Part shown: piece after piece, positions 12,878-25,497 of the stretch
How the letters are laid out: each line of letters starts with the position of its first letter
Numbering within the stretch: position 1 is the first letter of the stretch
NCBI RefSeq assembly: GCF_009914755.1
Contig: NC_060925.1
Length of the DNA stretch: 64,000 nt
From: the human T2T-CHM13v2.0 reference genome, Homo sapiens
Strand: one strand, 5' to 3'
Notes under the pieces: model-generated
Seen by the model: the letters and a program-made list of their open reading frames with translations, nothing else
Told to the model about the DNA's origin: nothing
Database searches by the model: none
Translations under genes and position numbers: made by a program

Positions 12878-14498
12878 ATGGGTGGCTGGATGGGGTGAGT
12901 GGGTGGATGGGTGGATGGATGGGGGTGGGTGGGGTGGATGAATGGATGGATGGGTAGGTAGGTGGGTGGATGGATGGATGGATAAATGGGGTGGGTGGGT
13001 GAGTGGATGAATGGATGGAGTGGTGAATGGGTGAATGGATGGGTGGGTGGACGGATGGATGAATAGGGTGGGCGGATGGATGGGGTGGGTGGGTGAATGG
13101 ATGGATGGGTGGGTGCGTGAATGGATGGTTGGGTAGAGGGATGTTGAATGGATGGGTGGGTAGAGGGATGGGTAGATGGGGTGGGTGGATGGATGGATGG
13201 ATAGACTGATGTTGTTGAATGGATGAGTGGGTGGATGGATGTTTAGATGGATGGATAGATAATAAATGGGGGAGTGGATGGATGGATGGATGGATGGGGT
13301 GGGGGGGTGGATGGATGGATGGATAGGATGATGGATGGATGGATGGGGTGGGTGTGGGGGGTGGATATGTGGGTGGGTGAGTGGATGGATGGAGTGGGTG
13401 GGTGGGTGGGTGGATGGATGGATGGATTGACTGATATTGAATGGATGGGTGGGTGAATGGATGGTTGGATGGATGGACAGATAATGGGGGGAGTGGATGG
13501 ATGGATGGGGTGGATGGGTGGATGGATGGATGGGATGGGTGGATGGATGGGGTGGGTGTGGGGGTGGATGTGTGGGTGGATGGATGGAGTGGGTGGGTGG
13601 GTGGGTGGATGGATGGATTTATTGATATTGAATGGGTGGGTGGGTGGATGGATGGATTTATTGATATTGAATGGATGGGTGGGTGGATGGATGGTTGGAT
13701 GGATGGATAGATAATAAATGGGGGGAGTGGATGGATGGATGAATGGGGTGGGTGGGTGGATGGATGGATGGATAGGATGGATGGATGAGGTGGGTGTGGG
13801 GGGTGGATGTGTGGGTGGGTGGGTGGGTGGATGGGTGGATGGATGAATGGATGGGTTGATATTGAATGGATGGGTGGGTGGATAGATGGGTAGATAATAA
13901 ATGGGGGAGCGGATGGATGGATGGATGGATGGATGGGGTGGGTGTTGGGGGTGGACGTGTGGGTGGGTGGATGGGTGGATGGATGGATTGATATTGAATG
14001 GATGGGTGGGTGGATGGATGGGGTTGGTGGATGAATGGATGGATGGATATTGAATGGATGGGTAGGTGGATGGATGGGTAGATAATAAGTGGGGGAGTGG
14101 ATGGATGGATGGATGGGGTGGATGGATGCATGGATAGACGGGTGGGTGGATGGATGGGGTGGATGGATGGATGGATTGATTGATATTGAATGGATGGGTG
14201 GGTGGATGGATGGTTGGATGGGGTGGGTGGATGGATGGGGTTCGTGGATGGATGGGGTTGGTGGATGGATGCATGGATGGATATTGAATGGATGGGTAGG
14301 TGGATGGATGGGTAGATAATAAATGGGGGAGTGGATGGATGGATGGATAGATGGGTGGGTGGATGGATGGGGTTGGTGGATGGATGGATGGATGGATGGA
14401 TGAATAGATAAATGGGTTCGATGGATGGGTGGATGGATGGATGGATGGACGGATGGATGGATGGATGGGGTGGGTTGGTGGATGGATGAATGAGTGGA
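12878..14498 (+). repeat. (TGGA)n/(TGGG)n low-complexity repeat with higher-order blocks, TP73 intron 6
   Basis: GGAT/GGGT runs punctuated by recurring GATATTGAAT and GATAATAAATGGGGGAG. Confidence 0.95.
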
Positions 14499-14644
14499 CA
14501 GATATACAAATGGCAACAACTATAGAGCAGGGCATCCCCCTGCCTACGTGGAGCCAGGACCAGACATGGAGCTGGGGGCTGCCACCTTAGTGGATTGGGG
14601 CTGCGTGCTGATGCTAGCCCCTCTCCCTGCTCCCCCATGTGCAG

Positions 14645-14754
14645 GTGGGGACGGAATTCACCACCATCCTGTACAACTTCATGTGTAACAGCAGCTGTGT
14701 AGGGGGCATGAACCGGCGGCCCATCCTCATCATCATCACCCTGGAGATGCGGGA
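14645..14754 (+). CDS. TP73: p73 exon 7 (DBD)
   Basis: cag|GTG...GGGA|gtgagt, 110 bp; [36 protein letters not shown]. Confidence 0.99.
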
Positions 14755-15157
14755 GTGAGTCCCGGGCACACGGGGTGGAGGTGGGACAGGGCTGGGCAGG
14801 CACGGCCGGGGGAGAAGGGGAGCTGTCATGGAGACCTGCAGGCCAAGGCTAGCTTGGGGAAGAGACTTTGGGGTGTGCTGCTGGAGGAAGGAACCGCCCC
14901 CTGGCCTGCAGGGCCTGCCTGGGCACAAGCTGGGCCTCCGGAGGGAGGTGGGAGTCCCCGGCGAGGTCTCAGGGCAGCCTCACAGCTTTGAGCCTCTGAC
15001 TCCCTCTAGCGGGAACACTCGCTGCCGGCACTGGGTGCTCTGTGGTGACCGAGGGCTCTCAAGGCCGGTCCTGCAGGGTCCGAGGTGGGTGGGGAAGGTG
15101 GGCAGGTTGAGGGTGGGCAGGGTTGAGCTCACAATTCTGGCTGTGCCCACCCGACAG

Positions 15158-15300
15158 TGGGCAGGTGCTGGGCCGCCGGTCCTTTGAGGGCCGCATCTGC
15201 GCCTGTCCTGGCCGCGACCGAAAAGCTGATGAGGACCACTACCGGGAGCAGCAGGCCCTGAACGAGAGCTCCGCCAAGAACGGGGCCGCCAGCAAGCGTG
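15158..15300 (+). CDS. TP73: p73 exon 8 (end of DBD)
   Basis: cag|TGGG...CGTG|gtgagc, 143 bp; [28 protein letters not shown]. Confidence 0.99.
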
Positions 15301-15658
15301 GTGAGCGGCCGGCCGGGGGAACTGGACGCGTGTGGGAGGGGAAGGGGACACATTGGCAGGACACAATGTGAGCCCGCGTCCCAGGGACAGGGCCAGTCCC
15401 TGAACGGCCCCCCACGCCCAGACTCCTCCCTGACGGAGCCTGAGAGCAGCCCCCATATAAGTCGCTTGTCCTGGGCCAAGGGCACCTCAGAGGCCTGGGT
15501 GGCACCGCAGGTTTGCCCGTCCCTGTGGGTTGCTCACCACCGGACCCACCTGGAGAATCGATTGGCCCCAAGGGTGGGGCAGGTCTCCCTCCTCCCGGAA
15601 GGAGGCCTCACCCTCTGGTCCTGCCTGCTCACCCCGCCTGCCCTGCCTGGCCTTCCAG

Positions 15659-15747
15659 CCTTCAAGCAGAGCCCCCCTGCCGTCCCCGCCCTTGGTGCCG
15701 GTGTGAAGAAGCGGCGGCATGGAGACGAGGACACGTACTACCTTCAG
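15659..15747 (+). CDS. TP73: p73 exon 9 (NLS, start of oligomerisation domain)
   Basis: cag|CC...CAG|gtgagt, 89 bp; FKQSPPAVPALGAGVKKRRHGDEDTYYLQ. Confidence 0.99.
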
Positions 15748-16224
15748 GTGAGTGTGTGCTCCTGCACGGCAGCCGGGAGACCTGCCTCACCTCTGTCGTC
15801 TGCTGAGCCCAGGCTGGGCCATGGGGAGGGACTCTGGAGACCATGGTGGAGGGGGCGGGAGGAGCCCAGCCCTGTGTGAGAGGGTCCAGAGGGCAGAACC
15901 TGCTTGCAAGAGCCAGACCAGCAGGACCCAACTGCAGGGCATTCCTGAGAGTCCCCTCAGTCCCAAAAACCCAGCGTCATGCCATTTACAATGAAGCCAT
16001 GTGTACATAGCACAGGTAGGGTGGTGCGGAGTGCCACCAGGGTAGAAGTTCAGCAAGAATCCAGGACCCTAACGTTGGCCAGGACCCGTGGCCACGGCCA
16101 GCCCCCATGAGTGTGCCTCTCACATGTGGCCTCCAACAGGTGAATTAAATCGGCACAGGCTTGGCTGGGAGTCATCTTCCATGATGTGAACTTTCTGTTT
16201 TTTGAGCTCCAGAATGAGCCCCAG

Positions 16225-16565
<341 letters not shown>

Positions 16566-16862
16566 CTTGGTTTCTAAAAACCCAGTATCTGTTGGTAGGG
16601 GAGGAAGAGGGAGGCTTGGGGGCCACAAGGAGCAGGCATGGTTCTTGGGGACAGGATACCTGCCCACTGAGTCAGGGGCTCTGGTTAGACCTGCTTCTTG
16701 GGAAGAGGAAAGAAGATCAGGGGATCCTGAGCCTCTGGGGTGCTGGGGAACCCCCAGAAAGGACAGATGCTTTGCCAAGCCCAGGTCCTCCTGAGGCTGC
16801 GGCCACACCCCTCCCATGGGGGTCTGGGGCACGTGGGCAGAGATCTGCTCCTCTGTGCTCAG

Positions 16863-16984
16863 GTGCGAGGCCGGGAGAACTTTGAGATCCTGATGAAGCT
16901 GAAAGAGAGCCTGGAGCTGATGGAGTTGGTGCCGCAGCCACTGGTGGACTCCTATCGGCAGCAGCAGCAGCTCCTACAGAGGCC
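16863..16984 (+). CDS. TP73: p73 exon 10 (tetramerisation domain)
   Basis: cag|GTG...GGCC|gtgagt, 122 bp; [40 protein letters not shown]. Confidence 0.99.
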
Positions 16985-17535
16985 GTGAGTCAGCCCTAGC
17001 CCACCATCAGTGTGGGGAAGGAGGACATGGCTTAACCCCCCAGGAGAAGGCCAGGAGGACCAGAAACCCCTCCAGAAGGCATCATCTGCCAGGGACAGGC
17101 AGCAGGGTTCAGAGCAGAGCCCACCCCACATCTCCTCCTCCAGGAAGCCTTCTAGCACTTGGGACTGCCCTGGGACCCTGGGTCACGGCCCTTGCTATGC
17201 CTCTGCCACTGAGGGGCCTTGTAAATGTCTGCTGAGTGGAAAGGCCAGGAGGGGTGGCCAGAATGACCATGACCCACCAAGACCAGAGTCCGATTCCAGT
17301 GGCACAGGTCATCCCCCTGCCTCCCGGCCCCGCCATGGCCAGTGTCCTTCTCAGGCGCAGGCCCAGTGGCCGTGCATGGCCATGGTTGGGGACAGGGAGG
17401 CTGGGGGAGGATGAAGCCACTCTCTGACATCAGAGGCTCCACCCATTCGCAGCATGGGGGCATCACGGGCATGGGTGGTCGGTGGGCACGAGGCTGCCTT
17501 GCTTCCCACCCATGCGAGCCGTTGCTTCTGAGCAG

Positions 17536-17684
17536 GAGTCACCTACAGCCCCCGTCCTACGGGCCGGTCCTCTCGCCCATGAACAAGGTGCACGGGGGCA
17601 TGAACAAGCTGCCCTCCGTCAACCAGCTGGTGGGCCAGCCTCCCCCGCACAGTTCGGCAGCTACACCCAACCTGGGGCCCGTGG
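17536..17684 (+). CDS. TP73: p73 exon 11 (skipped in the gamma isoform)
   Basis: cag|GAGT...GTGG|gtgagt, 149 bp; SHLQPPSYGPVLSPMNKVHGGMNKLPSVNQLVG. Confidence 0.99.
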
Positions 17685-18462
17685 GTGAGTCCCTTGGGCA
17701 GTGCGGGCCCACGGGCAGGGCGGGGAGGCCCACTGGGGGCGCCTAGCTCAGGACACACCACCCAGCTCGGGACCCAGGGCAGGTGTCTCTGTGGCTGGCT
17801 CCTTCCAGCGGTTCCACCCTCTGGGCAGGAGGCGCAGCCACGGATAGCCCTCTCTGCCCACTCCTGGCTGTGGGAGGTGGAGGGGGGCGTGGTTAAGAGC
17901 GTGGAACCCACATGCATGCACTGCCTCTTGGCAGGCGAGGGAGCTTGGGGAAGGCTCTTAACATTACACAGCCTGTTTCCCCATCAGCAAATGGCCACAG
18001 AAGTACCAGGCTCACTCCTTGTGAGGAATAAATGGTGCAAGACCTCATCAGGGGCCCCAGCACAAGCCGGGGGCTCCATTGGATAGAGTTTGGGCCCCCT
18101 TCCCCTGGAAGGTCCTCATGTGGGCAGGACCAAGCATGTTCCCAGTGCCGTGAGCAAGCACCCCCAGGTGTTTCCTGAGGCCCTGGGATGTGGCCAGCAC
18201 TCCAGTGCCAGCTGCGATTGCCCTTACAACCCAGTGCCCCGTACGCACGGTCACCCCCGTCCCTACTAGGCGGGGCGAGGAGACAGGGCCCCAGGTGTTC
18301 AGCCCTTGCTCAAGCCTCTAGCTGGCAGGGGTGATGCCCAGCGTCACATCGCCAGGCCTTGGGATGGCTCCCTGGTGTCCAGAGGTGTCTGGAGCCTGGG
18401 TGGAGGCTGCACCTGGATGCCCAGCCTGGCTGCCCTGATGGCCCCACCTGCCTCTCACCCAG

Positions 18463-18601
18463 GCCCCGGGATGCTCAACAACCATGGCCACGCAGTGCCA
18501 GCCAACGGCGAGATGAGCAGCAGCCACAGCGCCCAGTCCATGGTCTCGGGGTCCCACTGCACTCCGCCACCCCCCTACCACGCCGACCCCAGCCTCGTCA
18601 G
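18463..18601 (+). CDS. TP73: p73 exon 12 (PPPPY motif, start of SAM domain)
   Basis: cag|GC...CAG|gtgcgt, 139 bp; PGMLNNHGHAVP...CTPPPPYHADPSLV. Confidence 0.99.
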
Positions 18602-18998
18602 GTGCGTGGGCTGCCGAGGGCCTGAGCATGTGCTGTCACCCTGTCTGTTCACCTCTGTCCTTCTGGCCATGTCAGCTGCCCTGCCCCACCCTGTGTGCTC
18701 ACCACTCGCAACCCTGGATCAGACAGGCGGGCGGGGGCAGTCAGGCCAGGAGCATCTGCAGATGCTGGGGAAATGGTCCACTTAGAGGAAAAGCACAAAA
18801 AGCCGGGGTCCTCCACTGACCTGTCCCCAGCTGAGCACGTCCCCTCCCTGAGGGATGCCGTGGCCACCTGTGGGCTGGAGCCACCCTTCGGAGACAGCGG
18901 CAGTCTCCGCCCCAGCCAGGCCACTCTCAGAGACGGGGGCTCGCGCAGCCCTGTGCTCGGAAGCTAATGCTGCTTCCTTTCTCAAATTCTCTCTGCAG

Positions 18999-19092
18999 TT
19001 TTTTAACAGGATTGGGGTGTCCAAACTGCATCGAGTATTTCACCTCCCAAGGGTTACAGAGCATTTACCACCTGCAGAACCTGACCATTGAG
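18999..19092 (+). CDS. TP73: p73 exon 13 (SAM domain; skipped in the beta isoform)
   Basis: cag|TTTT...GAG|gtaacg, 94 bp; FLTGLGCPNCIEYFTSQGLQSIYHLQNLTIE. Confidence 0.99.
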
Positions 19093-19990
19093 GTAACGCC
19101 CGGGTGGACCCCGCTCTGCAGAGGCAGTAGCTGGAGGGGCCCCTGTCCGGAGGGCAAAGAGCCTTCTCTTCCTTGCTCTCGTGGCTGGGAAACTTGGAAA
19201 CCCTTTCCCACGGGCAAGCAGATGCAATGATTTGACTCTTGAGAGCTTAGGCAGATGCAGCCAGGCACGTGGCTGGTGGCGCGGGACACAGGCCCAGGCC
19301 TCCGGATGCTGAACTGGTCATTTGAGCCTTTTTGGACTCCCAGCAGCCAGTGTGCCTTTGATTTTAGGGGATGGGCTGTTTCCAAGGCACAAAGAACAGA
19401 AGAATGTAAGGCCCCGAGGGAGTCAGTCCAGTTCAGTGCCATTTACAGAGAGGTCAGCGCCATTTACACAGACAGGAAAGGGGACCTAGGGAAGGCAAGC
19501 ACCTGGCCCGAGGCCACACAGCTCTTGGCACCCATGGCAGCTGACTGCAGGCACCATGATTAAACAGCCACGGCTTGTCTTTGGGTTAGAGACTAGTGGA
19601 GTACAAAGCCTGCTGGTAGCCTAGGACGGTGTGAACCACAGGGCACCGTCAGTCAAGGAAGAGCAAGCCCTCTGGTGGGAACCTGCCCCCCAGCCAGTGC
19701 CGCGGCCCAGGTCCAAGGCCCGTCCCAGACCATCCCCAGCCTGGGGCTGCAGACAGAGATGAGGGTCAGTGCGAGCTAGGGCCAGCTGCTCAGCCTAACT
19801 GTCCCTCGTGCAGAGAGTGGCCGCGTCTGTGTCCACTAACCGCCCTCCCCACAACCTGTCCCCAGTGACCCACGCTGAGCCAGCTCCAGGTCACGTTAAC
19901 CCTTGCCTCCCCTGAGTGATGTGTGTGCTTGGTGTGGTGCCCAGAGGGTGTTGGGAGCTCAGGGATGAGCTGGGGGTCCACTCCAGGGGG

Positions 19991-20120
19991 CAGGGACATG
20001 GAGACCAAGGAGGGCCCTGCCCTGAGGCTGGGAGGCAGTTCCTCCCCCAGGGCCAGGGACATGGAGACCAAGGAGGGCCCTGCCCTGAGGCTGGGAGGCA
20101 GTTCCTCCCCCAGGGCCAGG
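19991..20120 (+). repeat. Perfect 63-bp tandem duplication in TP73 intron 13
   Basis: CAGGGACATGGAGACCAAGG...CCCCCAGGGC starting at 19991 and again at 20054. Confidence 0.95.
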
Positions 20121-20345
20121 TAGATGCTCAGGGGGCTCCATGTCTAACACTCCCAGGTCAGGGCCCAGGCCCCGCACAGGCCAGGAGTGACTCTGGTGGG
20201 CTCTCCCCCTCCCCCGTCTCCTGCCTACTCTGGTTGGGGGTGTAGGGGCCAGGGTGTGGTGTGGCCAGACCTCCAGGCCCAGGGCGACCCCCCCTGCTCT
20301 CCCTGCTCCACTGCCCCCTGCCCCTAATGCGCCGGCCTCTCGCAG

Positions 20346-20678
20346 GACCTGGGGGCCCTGAAGATCCCCGAGCAGTACCGCATGACCATCTGGCGGGGCC
20401 TGCAGGACCTGAAGCAGGGCCACGACTACAGCACCGCGCAGCAGCTGCTCCGCTCTAGCAACGCGGCCACCATCTCCATCGGCGGCTCAGGGGAACTGCA
20501 GCGCCAGCGGGTCATGGAGGCCGTGCACTTCCGCGTGCGCCACACCATCACCATCCCCAACCGCGGCGGCCCAGGCGGCGGCCCTGACGAGTGGGCGGAC
20601 TTCGGCTTCGACCTGCCCGACTGCAAGGCCCGCAAGCAGCCCATCAAGGAGGAGTTCACGGAGGCCGAGATCCACTGA
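20346..20678 (+). CDS. TP73: p73 exon 14 coding part (SAM end, inhibitory domain, IKEE SUMO site); alpha-isoform stop at 20676-20678
   Basis: cag|GAC; DLGALKIPEQYRMTIWRGLQDL...KQPIKEEFTEAEIH*. Confidence 0.99.
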   Translation, partial: DLGALKIPEQYRMTIWRGLQDLKQGHDYSTAQQLLRSSNAATISIGGSGELQRQRVMEAVHFRVRHTITIPNRGGPGGGPDEWADFGFDLPDCKARKQPIKEEFTEAEIH

Positions 20679-23600
20679 GGGCCTCGCCTGGCTGCAGCCT
20701 GCGCCACCGCCCAGAGACCCAAGCTGCCTCCCCTCTCCTTCCTGTGTGTCCAAAACTGCCTCAGGAGGCAGGACCTTCGGGCTGTGCCCGGGGAAAGGCA
20801 AGGTCCGGCCCATCCCCAGGCACCTCACAGGCCCCAGGAAAGGCCCAGCCACCGAAGCCGCCTGTGGACAGCCTGAGTCACCTGCAGAACCTTCTGGAGC
20901 TGCCCTAGTGCTGGGCTTGTGGGGCGGGGGCTGGCCCACTCTCAGCCCTGCCACTGCCCCGGCGTGCTCCATGGCAGGCGTGGGTGGGGACCGCAGCGTC
21001 GGCTCCGACTTCCAGGCTTCATCCTAGAGACTGTCATCTCCCAACCAGGCGAGGTCCTTCCAAAGGAAAGGATCCTCTTTGCTGATGGACTGCCAAAAAG
21101 TATTTTGCGACATCTTTTGGTTCTGGATAGTAGTGAGCAGCCAAGTGACTGTGTCTGAAACACCAGTGTATTTTCAGGGAATGTCCCTAACTGCGTCTTG
21201 CCCGCGCCGGGGGCTGGGGACTCTCTCTGCTGGACTTGGGACTGGCCTCTGCCCCCAGCACGCTGTATTCTGCAGGACCGCCTCCTTCCTGCCCCTAACA
21301 ACAACCACAGTGTTGCTGAAATTGGAGAAAACTGGGGAGGGCGCAACCCCCCCCAGGCGCGGGGAAGCATGTGGTACCGCCTCAGCCAGTGCCCCTCAGC
21401 CTGGCCACAGTCGCCTCTCCTCGGGGACCCCTCAGCAGAAAGGGACAGCCTGTCCTTAGAGGACTGGAAATTGTCAATATTTGATAAAATGATACCCTTT
21501 TCTACATGGTGGGTCAGCTTTTTTTTTTTTTTTTTTTTAACTTTCTTTCTCAGCATTCTCTTTGGAGTTCAACCTAGCGCCCATGAGCCAGGCTGAGGAA
21601 GCTGAGTGAGAAGCCAGGTGGGCGGGACTTGTTCCCAGGAAGGCCGGGTGGGGAGGAAGCCTAGAGGGAACCCCAGGAAGGGCAAATCCAGGCAAATCTG
21701 CAGGAATGCTCTGCCATGGGAGCAGCTCCTCCCTTGCCACGGCCACCTTCTCTAGCACTGCAAGGTCCACAGGGCATTGCTTTCCTTTCTAGGCGGTGGC
21801 AGTCAGGGAACAGACTGAGGTAGGTGTAGGGGGGTCTAGGCCTTCGTGGAGCACCCCAGGGAGTTAGTAGGCCCCGGGGAGACAGAGTCTGCACAGGCCC
21901 TTTCTGGGGCCACCTCCATCCACGAGGAGCAGCCTGAGCCTTGGTGGCCGAACCTTGACCGTCCCGGAGCACAGCTTCAGGGCAGGGAACCGGAGCCCCT
22001 GGGGGGCCTCACGGGTGTGACGAGGCCCTTCATTGCAGGCAGGTGGGCCAATGGGAGCCCTCACCCACGCAAGCCGAGACACCACCCAGAGTGCAGGCTG
22101 CCTGGCCCCTTCTGGCACGGCCAGCTCCACACCCTCTGCCTAGGGTATGTGTGGTCCTAAGGTCTAGGAGCTTCCCCTACTAACATCTCCCAGAAAAAGC
22201 AGTTAAGCCCCTCAGGGCACAGCAAGGTTAGACACAGCCCCCATCCCCAGATCAGGACTCCATCTTGCTAAGTGGCATCACCGTCACCAGCCTCCCCTTA
22301 TTTAAAAGCAGCGACTGGTGTTGCCGCAGGTACCTGGTCTACGAAGACGCAGGCGTCCCTCTCCCACCGTCCACCTCCCCGGGGGCCGCTGACAGCACAG
22401 TCGCCTGGGTGCACGCTTGTGGGGGCAGCAGGAACGGGGCTGTCGGCTCTCAGGGGATCTGGCTGCAGCCAGGGCGAGGGCCTGGCCCTTCCTTCCAGCT
22501 CCTTCCGGCTCCTTCCAGCTGAAGGGCAGGAAGCTCTGGCCGCTTAGCTTCTAGGGTTCCATCTCCCTAGAAAGGTGCCCACGCCCAGGGCATCAGTCAG
22601 TAGCGGCAGCAGCAGCAGACTCGGGGCTTTCCCAGGGTGGCGCAGCCACCCCAGCTGCATGTCACCTCAGCTCTCCATCTTATTGCCATTTTGTAGATGA
22701 GGAAGCTGAGACCAGAAAGGCTAAGACCCATGCCCCAGGCACCACACCCATCTCTTGGGGGCTGGGCACCTGCTACCCGAGGCCACCTCCTGAAGCCCCC
22801 ACTCTTCCCCCATGTTCCACTTCAGGAGCCGCGGGGGCCCATCCTGACACCCGGGGTTCCTCAGCCCAGCGCAGATGTGCTTCAGTTCCAGAGGGCTTGT
22901 TGATTTGTTTCTTAGGTACGTTACCTGTCCACCCTGAGTCCAGTGAGGCTGTCCCAAGAGCCCCTGTAGTGTGCTCCTGGGAAGGGCTGGGGGGGCTGGG
23001 GGGGCTGGGAGAGGCCCAGGGGCAGCTGTCACTGGAACCCCAGCCAGATGTCCAAGGAAGCCGGCCAGAACACGGAGCAGCCAGATGGCCCCAGCTGCAC
23101 CTGTCTAGGGAGCCCATGCAGCCTCCTTGCACTGGAGAAGCAGCTGTGAAAGTAGACAGAGTTGAGACTTCGCCGTGGTCAGGAGAAAATGCAAATTCCC
23201 AGGAACAAGAATCCTTTAAGTGATATGTTTTTATAAAACTAAACAAATCAACAAATAAATCTTGAAGGCGGATGGTTTTCCCAGCAGTGCAGGGGTTGGA
23301 GGGAGGCTGCTGGCACTCCTGGGGCCAAGGGGGACAGGCAGTGGTCCTGAGTCTGCTCAGAGAGGCAAGGCAGAAGGAGCTCGCCAGGCAGGTCAGCTCA
23401 CATCTGTCCAAGTCGCTCTGGTCAGAAACAGCGACTCTCCCCCATTCCCCCAGCGTTCCCACCAGGCCTGGGCTGCTGGGAAGCCCTTGCTGTACCCAGG
23501 AGCCCGACCCGCAGTATCCTGGCACAGAGCCACTTGTCACTCAGAACAGTCAGTGTCTCCAACGCACAAACATCCACTCCTCTGTTACCAGTTAAAGCAC

Positions 23601-23800
23601 TTTAATGCTTTAAGGTGAAAACGAAATCCCATCCGTGTTTTTCGTGTAAGATCGTGCTTCTCCGAGCAGTATTAATGGACGCCCTCCAATGACATAACAA
23701 CTGTTTTTGGTAATGTAATCTTGGGAAAATGTGTTATTTTTTTAGCTGTGTTTCAGTGGGGATTTTTGTTTTTGTAACATAATAAAGTGTATGTTCCAAT
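20679..23800 (+). other. TP73: TP73 3' UTR (~3.1 kb)
   Basis: Runs from the stop to AATAAA at 23781-23786; U-run at ~21519-21538; AU/GU-rich terminal region. Confidence 0.85.
23781..23786 (+). terminator. TP73: Polyadenylation signal of TP73
   Basis: AATAAA after a U-rich stretch (ttttgtttttgtaacat AATAAA). Confidence 0.85.
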
Positions 23801-25178
23801 GACCGGTTCTCATGACTCAACCTAAATCTCCAAAGGGCTCAGACAAACAGGGCGGCTCGTCACAGGCAGGAAGCCCGTGGCCTCTGTGGCCGGCCCTGGC
23901 ACCCCACTTGAGTTTCTCTGTGTCGTGAGTCTGATGGGTCCCTGGGGTGTCCCTCTGCCCTGTGCCTCGGAGGACCTGCGGGCCAAGCCGAGTAGCCTCA
24001 TGGGACTGACCGGGCCTCTCAGGCCTCCTGAAGTACAGGCCCATGAGCCCTCATCCAAGCCCTGTGGGGCCCAGGCCTTCTGGACTTTAGCTAGGCCAAG
24101 CAGGGTCTCAGGGCGTCACAAACACCGACACAGAACGCACTCCCGTTTCTCAGCAAAACCTAAGAAAACAAAAGGCAGCAGAGAGCCTCATGTTGGCTCA
24201 AGCCAGGCTGAGACCAACGGGCTTCATTTCAGTTCTCTTGGTTCTCAGGTTTCTTGGTTTCAGAGTTGTGAACAGGGACTAGGGACTTGTCACAGCAAAA
24301 ACAAGGCTCTAGAAATCTGTTCAACCTTGAAGGAGGCCTCAGTCTTTTTAGAAATTGGCCTAAAACAAAGATAGAAAGGACCAAGGCAAGAGGGGGAGAT
24401 GCCGCCAGGAAGCTCCGCCGAGTTCCCCCACAGGTGAGGTGCCATGCCCAGCCCTGGCCCCACCTTCCTGGCTAGCGCTCACGCCGTCACACCAGAGCCC
24501 GCCCACCCCTTTCCCTAGGCTCCTACCTGTCCCCACGTCCACCAAGGAGGGCTGGGCGGTGGTGGGCCCACCCCCTCATAGCCGCAGGACTCTGGATCAT
24601 GAAGGTGTTGAGGCCTCAAACTAGACAGGAAGTGGAGGGATTCTGGATGTTCCCTCGGCAAGAGGGTGCCACATAGAACGTAGAAACGGGGACTCTAAAA
24701 CGCCCTTTCAGGAATGAACACAGAAATGTGAGTGCTTTCAGCACAAGGGTGAGTTTGAATATCTTTGTTTAAAAGGTTAGTTATTTTTTTTAAGTATAGC
24801 GTGAGAAATACAGGCCATTATTTTCAAATATATAAAAACATCTCCAGTAAGTTCCACACAGAATTTTGGAAAGCTAAGCTGGACTCAGAGCAGGTCTGCT
24901 GCTCCCCAAGGCACTACCCTTCGAAGGAAGGTTTCCACCCGCCCCCGGCTGCAAAATGGAAAGGAGAAAGCCCGTTTCCAAAAGGTCTCCACGCCCCTTT
25001 GGGTGGAAAACAGCCACTGTTCATTCCCGCGTTCACATCCAAAGAGGAAGCCTAGATTCAGGTGACAAGAACAGAATATGGGCTTTTCATACCACACACA
25101 TATATTTCCTATTTCTCAGGAATGGTGCTGTGTCATTACTATGCACAAAATCGGATTCTTCAAGAAAATTGTTTTTTA

Positions 25179-25497
<319 letters not shown>

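Noticed and set aside
17727-17745. CTCF-like CCCACTGGGGGCGC
   Set aside because: Core spacing is off by one, or three core mismatches, depending on alignment.
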